DNA from: a virus
Lineage: Duplodnaviria; Caudoviricetes
IMG/VR virus record: IMGVR_UViG_3300004460_000011
Location: 1-58,817 of that record
Direction: 5' to 3' (one strand)
Length of the DNA stretch: 58,817 nucleotides
Positions 41,501-50,522 of the stretch are shown in pieces. Both the position numbers and the translations under genes were made by a program. The notes under the pieces are model-generated. The model was given only the letters and a program-made list of their open reading frames with translations, did not search any database and had not been told where the DNA came from. How positions within the stretch are numbered: the first letter of the stretch is position 1; each line of letters begins with the position of its first letter.

Positions 41501-41854
41501 AGGAGGCCCATCAGGTTCTTGAACTAACGCAGATTGTGTACCAGTATTAAAGTCTTCATTAAATTGAAAAAGAAATATTTCATTAGGCTGTGTAGTTTCC
41601 CAATTTACCACCCAGTCACAATTATCTCCAGTTGATTGCTCGGCTAAACCATGTGGGTAACCAAACATAAAAGTATTACTAGTCTTGTCTTTCATTTTTT
41701 GTAAAATGAATAACTGACCTACTTCAAATAAATCTATTGAAACCTGTGGAAGAAAAATGTCACCAGTCCACTTGTCAGTAGTACTGTCATAATCCATATT
41801 GTAATTCTTCCCATGTTTATCAAAGAAATATAAATGTTTCCAATTGTTAACCAC
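38570..41854 (-). CDS. Baseplate wedge-associated protein (gp7-like position) with PKD-like segments (1094 aa)
   Basis: IGSYKGLINAIKFFG wedge-like motif and YLFKDPGKYMITLELTD PKD-like end. Downstream of gp6. Confidence 0.55.
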   Translation of the reverse strand: MVNNWKHLYFFDKHGKNYNMDYDSTTDKWTGDIFLPQVSIDLFEVGQLFILQKMKDKTSNTFMFGYPHGLAEQSTGDNCDWVVNWETTQPNEIFLFQFNEDFNTGTQSALVQEPDGPPLIKVDDLIAPLGYDENQTIDPDGFIVTNKIRSEALQINITFSSPFENTYKRKLIITDECTNTVVAEFTVYAESIEEDERLRVMTQNMGYSVIASDSDVFRDTNLKEALPDYVEINLKRKEIMMEGNNIYPFIGSYKGLINAIKFFGYDNLKLKEFWKNVNANSPQFGKYIQSNTVDLFSPTVQFDDKKITLPNKNFRKTSMFSLIYRINRIVPNKFTDEDLPITEELQDFTIEEILIKLFGLKRKLENEYLPLNAHIKGITAEADFFGLLEVTNTISRNDTNTIKAGINTDFKVAPSNCTYIEDLRQFDKFCLEKAAVVGDAIVAYCNAYVAPLTAGTTAVGQNMIVGPYTPGEILPPAPIGPDVNSVLGALQNGGNVSVQDVAGVYAAYFSRYAPNLTKNQSLYKPGYSSQYLPDQPGIKVGALVTLTNDSFNNITWNNIDSTWDQVTNANDFFTFDFNVQGCLDLGDVYKLSDPATNTSVSHTVVNGDTLQTVTTSLFNQVVALKNLQTDPWLWFDWFQVTNDIGPCIRCYGNDVNRFVPSVTLANAASGGQFTEIQLPGETLFTWDGIESGNFTEIEWTIYKDASDISPAYYFNVRGSVGKYGTLPITLPYVGNYNVEMKLFDLYNNISSSVKNSAICVEGREVEYSGWYQSQKKFYTWSSEGIYTWKNYGSLWDVPISPTTTWDEETPSLYESLDRVNAILNTFGIGTSTDFQLLNYQSNGKASFSGPYQWQNLNTKSCDWDNTYHLWWDMTATTGDTPAFFQFSEIAPNTYLKIIDEKNQEGIEYFDNTVLTLEDAADQLNVSTNSIINKYIYNLVLDSSNNQMFIQAVSRYYGKFGDFKSVDFVDVDGQRICANATGSQGCASRIYKSSQSITSNPTWGTAKFINDGKVLPPMTWAMFVYDKCRIAGKEAPRWTISNTTNSSVADIYFESKYLTYLFKDPGKYMITLELTDTNGNKYKKGRNILNIKQTK

Positions 41855-41860
41855 TATCCT

Positions 41861-42130
41861 TTAATTTATTTTTTGATACCACTTAGGAACTGCAAAATTA
41901 TAATAAATCCTTAAATATTTAACTTTATTAACATAAAATACCATAATAGGGTTTAGGTAATCTTCTAAGAATGTTTTAAGATGTCTATTTCTAAACATAT
42001 AATTGGATAAGGTTTTGTTTAACAATGTTTTTGAATAATCATACCCAGTATTTTTTAATTCCCAACCTTCTTCATATGTAGCCCTATATAAACTAGGGAA
42101 TCCTGTTCTATTATTTTTAACTGTTGCCAT
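41861..42130 (-). CDS. Hypothetical baseplate-region protein (89 aa)
   Basis: Tightly packed between the gp6-like and 1094-aa genes. Confidence 0.6.
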   Translation of the reverse strand: MATVKNNRTGFPSLYRATYEEGWELKNTGYDYSKTLLNKTLSNYMFRNRHLKTFLEDYLNPIMVFYVNKVKYLRIYYNFAVPKWYQKIN

Positions 42131-42131
42131 C

Positions 42132-43988
42132 TTATTCTCCTTTTAATGTTTTAAGTGGTGCTTTACTTTCTAACCTACCTGTATTTAATCCTGCAGAGTT
42201 AGCTCCCGTTGCAATTGTAGTTCCTCTGTTTCTTTTAGTTTGGTTATATTTTTCTTGTTGTATTTTATTATAAAGATTATCTACAATAGCTTCTTTATAG
42301 AATACATTAAGAGAACTGATTTTATTAGCTTCTGGAATTGGTTCATAGTATGTACCATTTCTATCTTTCCACCCACCACGAATAATTGCTAAATCATCAT
42401 TTTCAATTATAACATCACCAAAACTATCTAATCCTAATTGTGGATCCTCGCCTTTCTTTAATACAATTTTTTTATTTTCTATTAATACCTTTTGGTCTGT
42501 CACAGGATCTGTTCCATAAACAGGTATAAAATAAAAACCATCTCTTATTGCGGTTTCATTTCTTTCAGATATAAAAAATACATTTACAGAATCAATACCT
42601 TCTACGTTTTCAATAATTGAAATAATATCAGATCTTGGAATTCTATCTCTTCTGTTTACATTTAAGAAATATTCATCTAAATTTTTTCTTATTTCAATTC
42701 TTATACCATCCTTATCATAATTATCAAACCATCTTATTACAATGTTAAGTGCATACTTTCTAATGATTGGATCTACAATTCTAGTTTCAGCGGTTACAAC
42801 CTGCCTACCGCTCTTGTTTAATATTTCATAAGTCATTTCCTTTTCCTGCGCAGACATAGTAAATTCTACCTCAGGTACACTAAAGTAATCTAAATCACTT
42901 GTTAATTTTTTCTTTACATCTGGTATTAAGAAAAGGTAAATAATGTTATCATCATCTAAGTATTCATCATTTTTAGTATTGTAAGCATCTATGAAAGACC
43001 AAAAGTCATACTTACTTAAATAGTAAATATAATTGTTAGGATTTGCTAATACAAATGAATTACTTTGATAAGGCGCAATTAATCTAGTAAATTGAGGATC
43101 TTCGGAATCAGATCCAAACATAGGATTTCTTGTAATATTCATTGCAAGAATCTCATTTAAATCTACCTGCTCGCCTGATGTGTCTGTACCGGGATCTATA
43201 AATTTTATATCTAACTGCTTTCCTCCTATATTACCAGCAACACCTCTAGTCTTTACGTAAGTGCATCTAATACGAGAACCTAATGCAGGCGGTTGGCCAA
43301 ATTGATTATTTCCAAAAAATAAACTCAATCCGCCATTTACGCTAGTTTTTACCATAACAGATTTCTCTCCGTTATTCATATCATATAAGGAATTTTCAAT
43401 CTTCCATTTTTCTCCGTCAACAAAAACTTCAACTAAGTGCTGATCTGTAGGTTCTTTGGTAGAAAGGTTATAACTTTGTAAAGGATTACCAGATCCTGTA
43501 AAACTCTGCTCATCTTTTTCACCTTGGATAACTTCAACATTAACAAAGGTTTTTGTAGTTTTATCTAATCTAATAAAATCACTATTGAATCTTAAAAAAT
43601 ATTTTAATCCATTTTGCCCTATCTCAAATGTAGCACCATTCATAATTTGTACATAATCACCTTTAAGCAGCGTAGATGCACTTGTGTTTAATCGTAATCC
43701 AATTATACCTCTTGCAGATATACCTCGCGTAGGATCATGCCCAGTCAATCTAGATAAACCATATATAGATTCAATATTTCTTGCCCGAGAAATATTCATT
43801 TCTGTTGCGACAGCCTCTATGTAAAAGAAAATCATTTCACCTAAATTGGAAACTACTGTCAAAATTTGTCCAAATGGTGAGGCAGGTGTAAATGTTTCTA
43901 CAGCCTGATCATAAGTACGCTGAAGATACTCAAAAGAATCTTCAAACAACTCAGTAGCCTTTAATCTTGTTTTACTAAAAAATGACAT
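42132..43988 (-). CDS. gp6: Baseplate wedge protein, T4 gp6-like
   Basis: ARNIESIYGLSRLTG, IQGE, FFGNNQFGQPP and TRGVAGN motifs. Confidence 0.85.
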   Translation of the reverse strand: MSFFSKTRLKATELFEDSFEYLQRTYDQAVETFTPASPFGQILTVVSNLGEMIFFYIEAVATEMNISRARNIESIYGLSRLTGHDPTRGISARGIIGLRLNTSASTLLKGDYVQIMNGATFEIGQNGLKYFLRFNSDFIRLDKTTKTFVNVEVIQGEKDEQSFTGSGNPLQSYNLSTKEPTDQHLVEVFVDGEKWKIENSLYDMNNGEKSVMVKTSVNGGLSLFFGNNQFGQPPALGSRIRCTYVKTRGVAGNIGGKQLDIKFIDPGTDTSGEQVDLNEILAMNITRNPMFGSDSEDPQFTRLIAPYQSNSFVLANPNNYIYYLSKYDFWSFIDAYNTKNDEYLDDDNIIYLFLIPDVKKKLTSDLDYFSVPEVEFTMSAQEKEMTYEILNKSGRQVVTAETRIVDPIIRKYALNIVIRWFDNYDKDGIRIEIRKNLDEYFLNVNRRDRIPRSDIISIIENVEGIDSVNVFFISERNETAIRDGFYFIPVYGTDPVTDQKVLIENKKIVLKKGEDPQLGLDSFGDVIIENDDLAIIRGGWKDRNGTYYEPIPEANKISSLNVFYKEAIVDNLYNKIQQEKYNQTKRNRGTTIATGANSAGLNTGRLESKAPLKTLKGE

Positions 43989-44001
43989 TTACTTTATTAT
44001 T

Positions 44002-44364
44002 TTAAAAAAGAGCACCTATAACTCTCTGTTCATTTACAAAAATATCAACCAATGCACCATCTCTTTCAAGTGTAGAAAAGAAACTTACTTTTGTATTTAC
44101 ATCAAACCCTGCAAAATCTGGTAAACAGTATGCAGTGATTTGGCTGTTAATATTATTTTGTATAGTGTTTTCGTTTAATACTAAAGAAAATATTAATTCA
44201 TCTAAATTACAACCTATACTAGGAGCACCTAAAACTTCTCCTTTTCTAGTAAATAAACAATTTTCTATCTTAATAATTAATTGAGATAGAGAATCACTAA
44301 CTTCCAGTGTAGCATCATTATATTTAGGAGCCTCTACATCTCTACTATAAATATCTCTAATCAT
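44002..44364 (-). CDS. gp25/GPW-like baseplate protein
   Basis: LFTRKGEVLGAPSIGCNL motif, 120 aa, directly upstream of gp6. Confidence 0.75.
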   Translation of the reverse strand: MIRDIYSRDVEAPKYNDATLEVSDSLSQLIIKIENCLFTRKGEVLGAPSIGCNLDELIFSLVLNENTIQNNINSQITAYCLPDFAGFDVNTKVSFFSTLERDGALVDIFVNEQRVIGALF

Positions 44365-44425
44365 TTAAGAACACTAATTTTTTATTATATATTCTCTTTT
44401 AATTTAATAGCTTTCAGATTATAAA

Positions 44426-45289
44426 TTACCCCGTGAAAAAGTAATCAACACCTTCATCCCCTTTTATTTCTTCTACTACCCTATCAACCTCTTCTCGGCC
44501 TTCAGATGAAATCATATCATAATTAATTGTAATGTTACCTGGAAGATTAAATGAGAAGGTTCCTAAAATTCTGGATAGTTGTATTTTAGCCATTCCAATA
44601 ACATATCTTTGAAATGCTTCATCTTCAAATAATGCACAATCACTAATAGTTGAAAATATTTCAAATATAACTGCATTCTTAGGAAGCTCGCCTTGGAATC
44701 TAAACTTTTTAGTTAGCCTATTAAATGTATATGATATTTGTGGTAATAAAACTTGTCTTGCATTATCCATGAATAATGAATTAACAACATAGTACATTAA
44801 ATTTTCACTGCCTATACCTGCACCGTAAACATCGTCATATATAAACTTGTCAATTGAAAAATCTACATCATCTGCATTAAAGCTCATTTGACCAAATCCA
44901 CCATCTTCACCACTGAATCCACCTATCTCAAATACATCATTCACTGAATAAACCCTAGATGGCATTTGAACAATACCTCGAGGATTAGAAATTTGATTTT
45001 TATTAGTTATAGTTTCGTTAGCCTGGCCAGTTCCATGTGGCACTCCTTGATTAAAAGTACTTTTCTTTAATGCACCAGCAGGTAAAGCAATATACATTTG
45101 TTCTACACTATCTTCATATATTTTATAAAAATATTTTTTTGCTCTTTGTATAATATTGTTTAATTCTTTCTTAGGAACAGTAAACGGTATTTGGCATGCA
45201 ATAGTAAGATCATCATTAATTAATTTTATTAATGCATCTAAGCATGCAGCTTCATCAGGATCATTACAATAAGTATTCTTATTAGCCAT
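44426..45289 (-). CDS. gp13: Neck protein, T4 gp13-like
   Basis: YTFNRLTKK, LPGNITIN and EGREE motifs, FFTG C-terminus. Confidence 0.75.
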   Translation of the reverse strand: MANKNTYCNDPDEAACLDALIKLINDDLTIACQIPFTVPKKELNNIIQRAKKYFYKIYEDSVEQMYIALPAGALKKSTFNQGVPHGTGQANETITNKNQISNPRGIVQMPSRVYSVNDVFEIGGFSGEDGGFGQMSFNADDVDFSIDKFIYDDVYGAGIGSENLMYYVVNSLFMDNARQVLLPQISYTFNRLTKKFRFQGELPKNAVIFEIFSTISDCALFEDEAFQRYVIGMAKIQLSRILGTFSFNLPGNITINYDMISSEGREEVDRVVEEIKGDEGVDYFFTG

Positions 45290-45295
45290 CTTATT

Positions 45296-46588
45296 TTATA
45301 TTTTTTCTATTTCAATTATTTCGGTATTTTCAAACTTTGCTAATTTAGTAGCTCTACCTTTTCTAAAAATACCACCTTCCATTTCGCCACTAAATACTCC
45401 TTTAGGCCCAAAGACATAAGAATCTTTACACATTACATTTTTACTTACATAAGAATCTTCTATCTTACAATCAGCAGCATCAGTTGCACCAAACAAGTTA
45501 CTCTCAAATAAAGATGAATTTATAAGTTCTGAACTAAAGATATCACAATTTAAAATATTACCTTGGATTTTACAATCTACAATATCAATTCCTTTTATTT
45601 CAAAGCATTGCATTAATTCAGCATTTTTCAATTGCATTTTTCCAGTATCAGCATCATAATTAATTAAACCTTCTTTTAGTCCTGCTAAAGTTAAAAGTTT
45701 AAAAATCTCCTCCCTCATTTTAGGATAAAAAGTTTCTACAATTTGATCATACGTTTGTAGGTCAACCATTAATTTTATCCTTGGGAATCTTTTCTTAAAC
45801 GCTTGGTAATCTTTATATGATTCCACTATACCACTATGCTTTTCTAAAACAGCATCTAATTGTTTAAGGTCATTATTGGTATATTGAGGATACATTAAAG
45901 TTTCATATAATGATACAACAAAATGTTCAGTTAAATCCATTATAGTATTATACTTCTTTTCATAATCTTTTCCGCCAAGATATCTAAATTCAATATAATT
46001 TTTAGGTAACTTGGAAAAGTTTACACCATAATACTTTTCAGATACAAACATGTAATTTTTCCATAAGATTTTTTCTGGGGAAGGTTGAGTCATTCCACTT
46101 AAAGGAACAATAAATTTTATTGACTTAGCATAAACAGAATCTTTTCTGTTAGGAAATGCTTCATAAATTTTATTCTCATTAAAATTTAATACAAATTTTC
46201 CAATATCTAAACTTGATACATTTGTAGGAGTTCCTAATTTCTTTCCATCAAATGCTACATTAACATGAATACTACATCGCTCATTAGTGAATCCATTTTC
46301 ACGAATCCACTTTAGAGTTTTTGCAATAATAAGTTTTGATTCAACAAACGGCATTGGCCCAGTGACCAATTCAATCATGCCAGTTCCACCTGAATTATCA
46401 GGCTCTAATTTAAATACTTCATCGGAAGGTGTAAATTCACTATGAGCCTTTTCTTCTATTTGTATTCTTTTATTTAAAACATTAGAAAGACTTCTTTTAA
46501 CCTCGTCTAACCCTTCATTAGCAAAGAATTCAAATTCTAATCCAATCTTGGATGCATATATGGCATTTAATTGTTCGTTAGTGTACAT
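45296..46588 (-). CDS. Putative amidoligase (COOH-NH2 ligase family) with C-terminal beta-helix-like repeats
   Basis: IGLEFEF, LEPD.S, IELVTGPM, CSIHVNV, KYYGVN and YIEFR motifs. Confidence 0.8.
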   Translation of the reverse strand: MYTNEQLNAIYASKIGLEFEFFANEGLDEVKRSLSNVLNKRIQIEEKAHSEFTPSDEVFKLEPDNSGGTGMIELVTGPMPFVESKLIIAKTLKWIRENGFTNERCSIHVNVAFDGKKLGTPTNVSSLDIGKFVLNFNENKIYEAFPNRKDSVYAKSIKFIVPLSGMTQPSPEKILWKNYMFVSEKYYGVNFSKLPKNYIEFRYLGGKDYEKKYNTIMDLTEHFVVSLYETLMYPQYTNNDLKQLDAVLEKHSGIVESYKDYQAFKKRFPRIKLMVDLQTYDQIVETFYPKMREEIFKLLTLAGLKEGLINYDADTGKMQLKNAELMQCFEIKGIDIVDCKIQGNILNCDIFSSELINSSLFESNLFGATDAADCKIEDSYVSKNVMCKDSYVFGPKGVFSGEMEGGIFRKGRATKLAKFENTEIIEIEKI

Positions 46589-46592
46589 GTAG

Positions 46593-46624
46593 TTCCTGAT
46601 TTGTTTATATATTCAAACCAGGAA
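46593..46624 (-). promoter_or_regulatory. Hairpin with late-promoter motif in its loop, ending 4 nt before the amidoligase ATG
   Basis: TTCCTGGTTTG-AATATATAAA-CAAATCAGGAA-CTAC-ATG, an 11-bp stem with one G-U pair. Confidence 0.65.
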
Positions 46625-46628
46625 TAGG

Positions 46629-47771
46629 TTATGCTATGTTCATGGTAATCTTGCGATCACTAACATTCACACTTCCAATTTTTACATTTATAGAATCACC
46701 TTTAGATAGATCGGTTCCCTTTAATTTAGACTTATGAATTAAACCACTAATACCTTTTTCTAATTCAACAAATGCACCGTATGAAGTTATTTTAGTTACC
46801 TTACCTTCAGATATCATCATAGGTTTATATTTATCATTAACGCCATCCCATAGATCAATCTTAGGACCTAATTGGCTTAATATAATTTTTCTATCTGATA
46901 TAACTTCTTTAGCCCAGAATGTTATTTCATCACCAGGTTTAATACTTCTATCATCCAATGCTTTTTGAAATTCTTCACTTAATTCAGCCTTAGGAATTAA
47001 TCCTGTTAAGCATTCATCAAATTCAGCAAATACACCAAACTTAGTAGTACCTGTTACAAAGCCTATTCTAGGTTCTTTAATAGTCTCATTTAATTTTTCA
47101 ATTGTTGAAGGAATCATTGTTCTTAAATATTCTCTATGGGATACTACAACCGTATCCTTTTCCCTAGAGAATGTTATTGGCATAACAATTATTTCTTTAC
47201 CAACAATAGCACTAAAATCATGTAATTTATTTAAACCTCCTAATGAACCTGGCATAAAACATTTAATGCCTGCAACATCTACCCAATATCCACCATGAAT
47301 TAATTCTTTAACTTTAGCAGTAAAACCAATTGTTGAATTTCCAATAGCCTCTTTAATTTCTCTTAGCTTAACTTCTTTTATAGCATCTGAAATAGAAGCT
47401 ATGACATCACCAGTTTTTGGGTTGGTTTTTATCTTAATGTCAATTTCCATACCAACCTCTAATTGTTCAACAATATAATCAGGTTCTTTTGATAGAGTAC
47501 AATACGCTGTATATTTAGACTGAATGTCAATAAGAGCTCTTTCTCTATCTTTAGATATAAAAGAAACTTCACCTCTTGTAGTGTAAGCTATATTGTCTTC
47601 TATTAATTGAGTTTTTTGTAGAGTGGAATCGTGAAGATTATACATAGAAAGTGCATCAGCAGCATATGCTTCATTTGCCATTAATTTTGTACCTTCTGGA
47701 ACTTGAACTTTTATTTTCTTTGTATCAAATGGATCATCACTTAATTGAATGGTGATTTCTTGCTCGGTCAT
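46629..47771 (-). CDS. rpsA: Phage-encoded ribosomal protein S1 (bS1)-like, four S1 domains
   Basis: GGYWVDVAGIKCFMPGS...VVVSHR (D2), KFGVFAEF..LTGLI (D3), GKVTKITSYGAFVELEKGISGLIHKS (D4). Confidence 0.88.
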   Translation of the reverse strand: MTEQEITIQLSDDPFDTKKIKVQVPEGTKLMANEAYAADALSMYNLHDSTLQKTQLIEDNIAYTTRGEVSFISKDRERALIDIQSKYTAYCTLSKEPDYIVEQLEVGMEIDIKIKTNPKTGDVIASISDAIKEVKLREIKEAIGNSTIGFTAKVKELIHGGYWVDVAGIKCFMPGSLGGLNKLHDFSAIVGKEIIVMPITFSREKDTVVVSHREYLRTMIPSTIEKLNETIKEPRIGFVTGTTKFGVFAEFDECLTGLIPKAELSEEFQKALDDRSIKPGDEITFWAKEVISDRKIILSQLGPKIDLWDGVNDKYKPMMISEGKVTKITSYGAFVELEKGISGLIHKSKLKGTDLSKGDSINVKIGSVNVSDRKITMNIA

Positions 47772-47827
47772 TTTTTTATTTTTAAGAGTGGTTATTATAG
47801 ATTATATATTTTGTACATCTAATATTA

Positions 47828-47857
47828 GTTATACTTATAAATTAGTAGATTGTTTCA
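47828..47857 (-). promoter_or_regulatory. GAAAC-N18-TATAA promoter for S1
   Basis: TGAAACAATCTACTAATTTATAAGTATAAC, with a second late-type AATATATA at 47803-47810. Confidence 0.6.
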
Positions 47858-48136
47858 TTAAGTGATTTTACCAGTACCTGTACCTGCTTGGGCAACAGCG
47901 GATCCTGCAGTAACCACAGCAGTAGTTACTAATCCAGTCAGTATGAAAGCATTTATTGCTTTACTTGCTTCTGCTGCAAATGCTTTTCCTCCAGCATCTC
48001 TTATGACTGCTGCTGATGTAGTAACTGCTACATCAGAAGTATTCTTTGCTGCTTTGTCATCCATAGCTTTCATTCCTTTCTCAAAAGCTTTTTCTAATGC
48101 TAATTGTAATGGTCCTATTCCTGCTGATAATGGCAT
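47858..48136 (-). CDS. Small Ala-rich baseplate/spike-associated protein (92 aa)
   Basis: Follows the gp5-like gene, ends GTGTGKIT. Confidence 0.55.
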   Translation of the reverse strand: MPLSAGIGPLQLALEKAFEKGMKAMDDKAAKNTSDVAVTTSAAVIRDAGGKAFAAEASKAINAFILTGLVTTAVVTAGSAVAQAGTGTGKIT

Positions 48137-48166
48137 AATTTATTATTTAATTTATAGTTTATATAT

Positions 48167-49063
48167 TTAAAGAGTTTTTACTTGCTTTTGGCTTAATTCA
48201 GCAGGTGTCATTGGTTTTATAGGCGGGCTTGTTGGTACTCCTTTATTTCCAATATGATTATGACTATTAAATAATGACATAAATTTGTTCCCTAATACTA
48301 ATGGTTCACTTGCACCTTCTCCTAATTCTATTGATGATGCATGATTAACAATAGTATTTTTACAATTGATTATTGCATCTTCACAATTAATTTCTGTATT
48401 AGCTCCACTGTTAATTGTAACTTGAGCAGAATGTGTAAAAGTTAAATTACCATCATTAAGCATTACGATAGTATCACCGTTAGCATTTATTATTTCAACA
48501 GAGTTATCAGGTTTTATATTTACAGTAGTTGGACCTTCAGTTGTAGTGTAGTCCATCATTAGCCCTTTTTCTTCTGTAAAGAAAACTTTAATATGTTCCC
48601 CTTCTCTTTCATTAGTTACTTCAGATACACCGTCTTGTAATTCTCCAGTTAAACCAAATGCAGTGTCATAAATTAATACATGAGAATTTTGGTATGAAGG
48701 TTCTACTTCAGCTTTAGTTTCGTCTGAAGGATAAATGTTTTCATGATAAATAGGTTGGTAAAAATTTCCATTATCAAAAGTAAGTCTAACGATAGAACCC
48801 AACTTAGGAATTTCAAATTTACCACTTCCTGTATTACTTCCACCATACATTAATTGATGAGGTCTTGACCACGGTAACGCAGCAGTTGGAATCTTATATG
48901 CACTTTCAGGATCTTCGGGATCTACGCGATCATCCATTTTGCCATATACTCTTATCTTACATCTCCCTTCAAAGATATCATCATTAGTATCTTCAACAAT
49001 ACCAACCCACTGTGTAGATCTTAAATCATCAGAATTAAAATTTTTTGGATTAACTTTTCCCAT
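48167..49063 (-). CDS. gp5: Baseplate central spike, gp5-like OB fold plus beta helix, no lysozyme domain
   Basis: WVGIVED..D....GRCKIR, LPWSRP, IPKLGSIV.L.FDNGN..QP and C-terminal HNH (HxH apex). Confidence 0.85.
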   Translation of the reverse strand: MGKVNPKNFNSDDLRSTQWVGIVEDTNDDIFEGRCKIRVYGKMDDRVDPEDPESAYKIPTAALPWSRPHQLMYGGSNTGSGKFEIPKLGSIVRLTFDNGNFYQPIYHENIYPSDETKAEVEPSYQNSHVLIYDTAFGLTGELQDGVSEVTNEREGEHIKVFFTEEKGLMMDYTTTEGPTTVNIKPDNSVEIINANGDTIVMLNDGNLTFTHSAQVTINSGANTEINCEDAIINCKNTIVNHASSIELGEGASEPLVLGNKFMSLFNSHNHIGNKGVPTSPPIKPMTPAELSQKQVKTL

Positions 49064-50499
49064 TAGTCAAATATATTTTCGTCAGTTATAGTAGAATTAG
49101 GAGGAGGTCCTGATGGGCCAAACGCATTAAGAGAAGTTAAACCTCCTAATGTATTAGCAGATGGATCAAATACTTGATCAGAACCACTTAATGTATTATT
49201 TGGTGGATTGGGTGCGCCTAGTGGACTATCACCGATATTTCTTACAGCAGACTCATTACCAAATGTAGGTAATTCTCCACCTTGTATAGCAGCACCTACT
49301 GCTGCGTTAATTAATCCTTGTGGATTTGAAATGGCCCCAAGTAGTTCATTCCTTAAACCGAATACATTTCCTAAAGTAAGACCTTGTATTGCACTTGACA
49401 CAGTTCTACCAACTGCATTAATTGCGCCTTCAGCTGCATTAGCTAGTTGATCTTTTCCAAACTGTTTAAGCTTATCTTTAAATGATGGGTCTGTATTAGA
49501 TGGAATTTTACTTGCATCTAATTTACTATTATAGCCAGAAAATTGAGAAACATTTTCCATTAAACCATAATTCCATTTAATTTGTGTAGTAGCTATATCT
49601 CCGCCATTATTAGTTACACCCTCAAAAACATTTCCGCTTGCACCAGGATCCCACATACATTCAGTAAATTTAAAACCAACCTGAGATGTGTTTTCATTTA
49701 CAAGTTTTTTGGTATCATCCGAATCCTTTGATGGGTTTAGTGCGCCTAACCAATTTCTTACTGTTTTAAATTTTCTAATTTCTTGTACATAAACATACAC
49801 ATCAAATCTTAATAAGTTTTGTGGCACAATAAATCTTTTGTATCTTGTATCATATACAGCCATTTTATATAAACTAAATAATGCTGTAAGTTTTAAATCT
49901 ATTGCCTCTAAACAACCTATAGTAATCCCTTCTTCACCAGTTGTACCAGTATAAGGATCGGTACTAAACGTTGTAGATTTTTGCCAAGCCTCTAATAATC
50001 CTTGTATAGTTTGAAAATAATATGGCCTAGTTTTATTAATTTCTTGAATACCTTGAATAAATGCTTTTAAGTATTCTACTCTGTTTGTTTCTCCAATTTT
50101 TGCTAAATAAGCAACTGCTGACGGTGTTGATGGATAACTACCAGCTCCAGATGGTGGTGTAGATGATGTTCCTCCTAAACCTGAAACGGCAACATCACCG
50201 TTAGCTGTTGGCTTTGGGTTTTGTTCAGGTGGTGTAATACCAGTATTTGCAACAACAGCACCATTAAATAAAGGAGATGAAATATCAAACATTAAACTAA
50301 ATCCAAGATAAGTAGGATCATCTAATGATGTTACCCCATTGCTTCCAGAGCCGTATGCAGTTGTCGGGTTAGCAACAAACTTTTTAGCAAACTCATAACT
50401 TTGTGGAAAACTCCCACTTCCTAGATAGGAACCGAATGGTCCAGCTAATTGAGCCAATGCCTGACTACCTGCGGGGTTTGCTAAATCTATTAAAGGCAT
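49063..50499 (-). CDS. Putative tail-tube-fold/baseplate protein (478 aa)
   Basis: Lies between the hub-like and spike genes, with a low-complexity C-terminus. Confidence 0.5.
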   Translation of the reverse strand: MPLIDLANPAGSQALAQLAGPFGSYLGSGSFPQSYEFAKKFVANPTTAYGSGSNGVTSLDDPTYLGFSLMFDISSPLFNGAVVANTGITPPEQNPKPTANGDVAVSGLGGTSSTPPSGAGSYPSTPSAVAYLAKIGETNRVEYLKAFIQGIQEINKTRPYYFQTIQGLLEAWQKSTTFSTDPYTGTTGEEGITIGCLEAIDLKLTALFSLYKMAVYDTRYKRFIVPQNLLRFDVYVYVQEIRKFKTVRNWLGALNPSKDSDDTKKLVNENTSQVGFKFTECMWDPGASGNVFEGVTNNGGDIATTQIKWNYGLMENVSQFSGYNSKLDASKIPSNTDPSFKDKLKQFGKDQLANAAEGAINAVGRTVSSAIQGLTLGNVFGLRNELLGAISNPQGLINAAVGAAIQGGELPTFGNESAVRNIGDSPLGAPNPPNNTLSGSDQVFDPSANTLGGLTSLNAFGPSGPPPNSTITDENIFD

Positions 50500-50522
50500 A
50501 TTGTTTTATTTTTTTATATTTA

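Noticed and set aside
47862-48170. 102-aa plus-strand ORF
   Set aside because: Antisense to the 92-aa gene that fits the operon direction and has a late motif.
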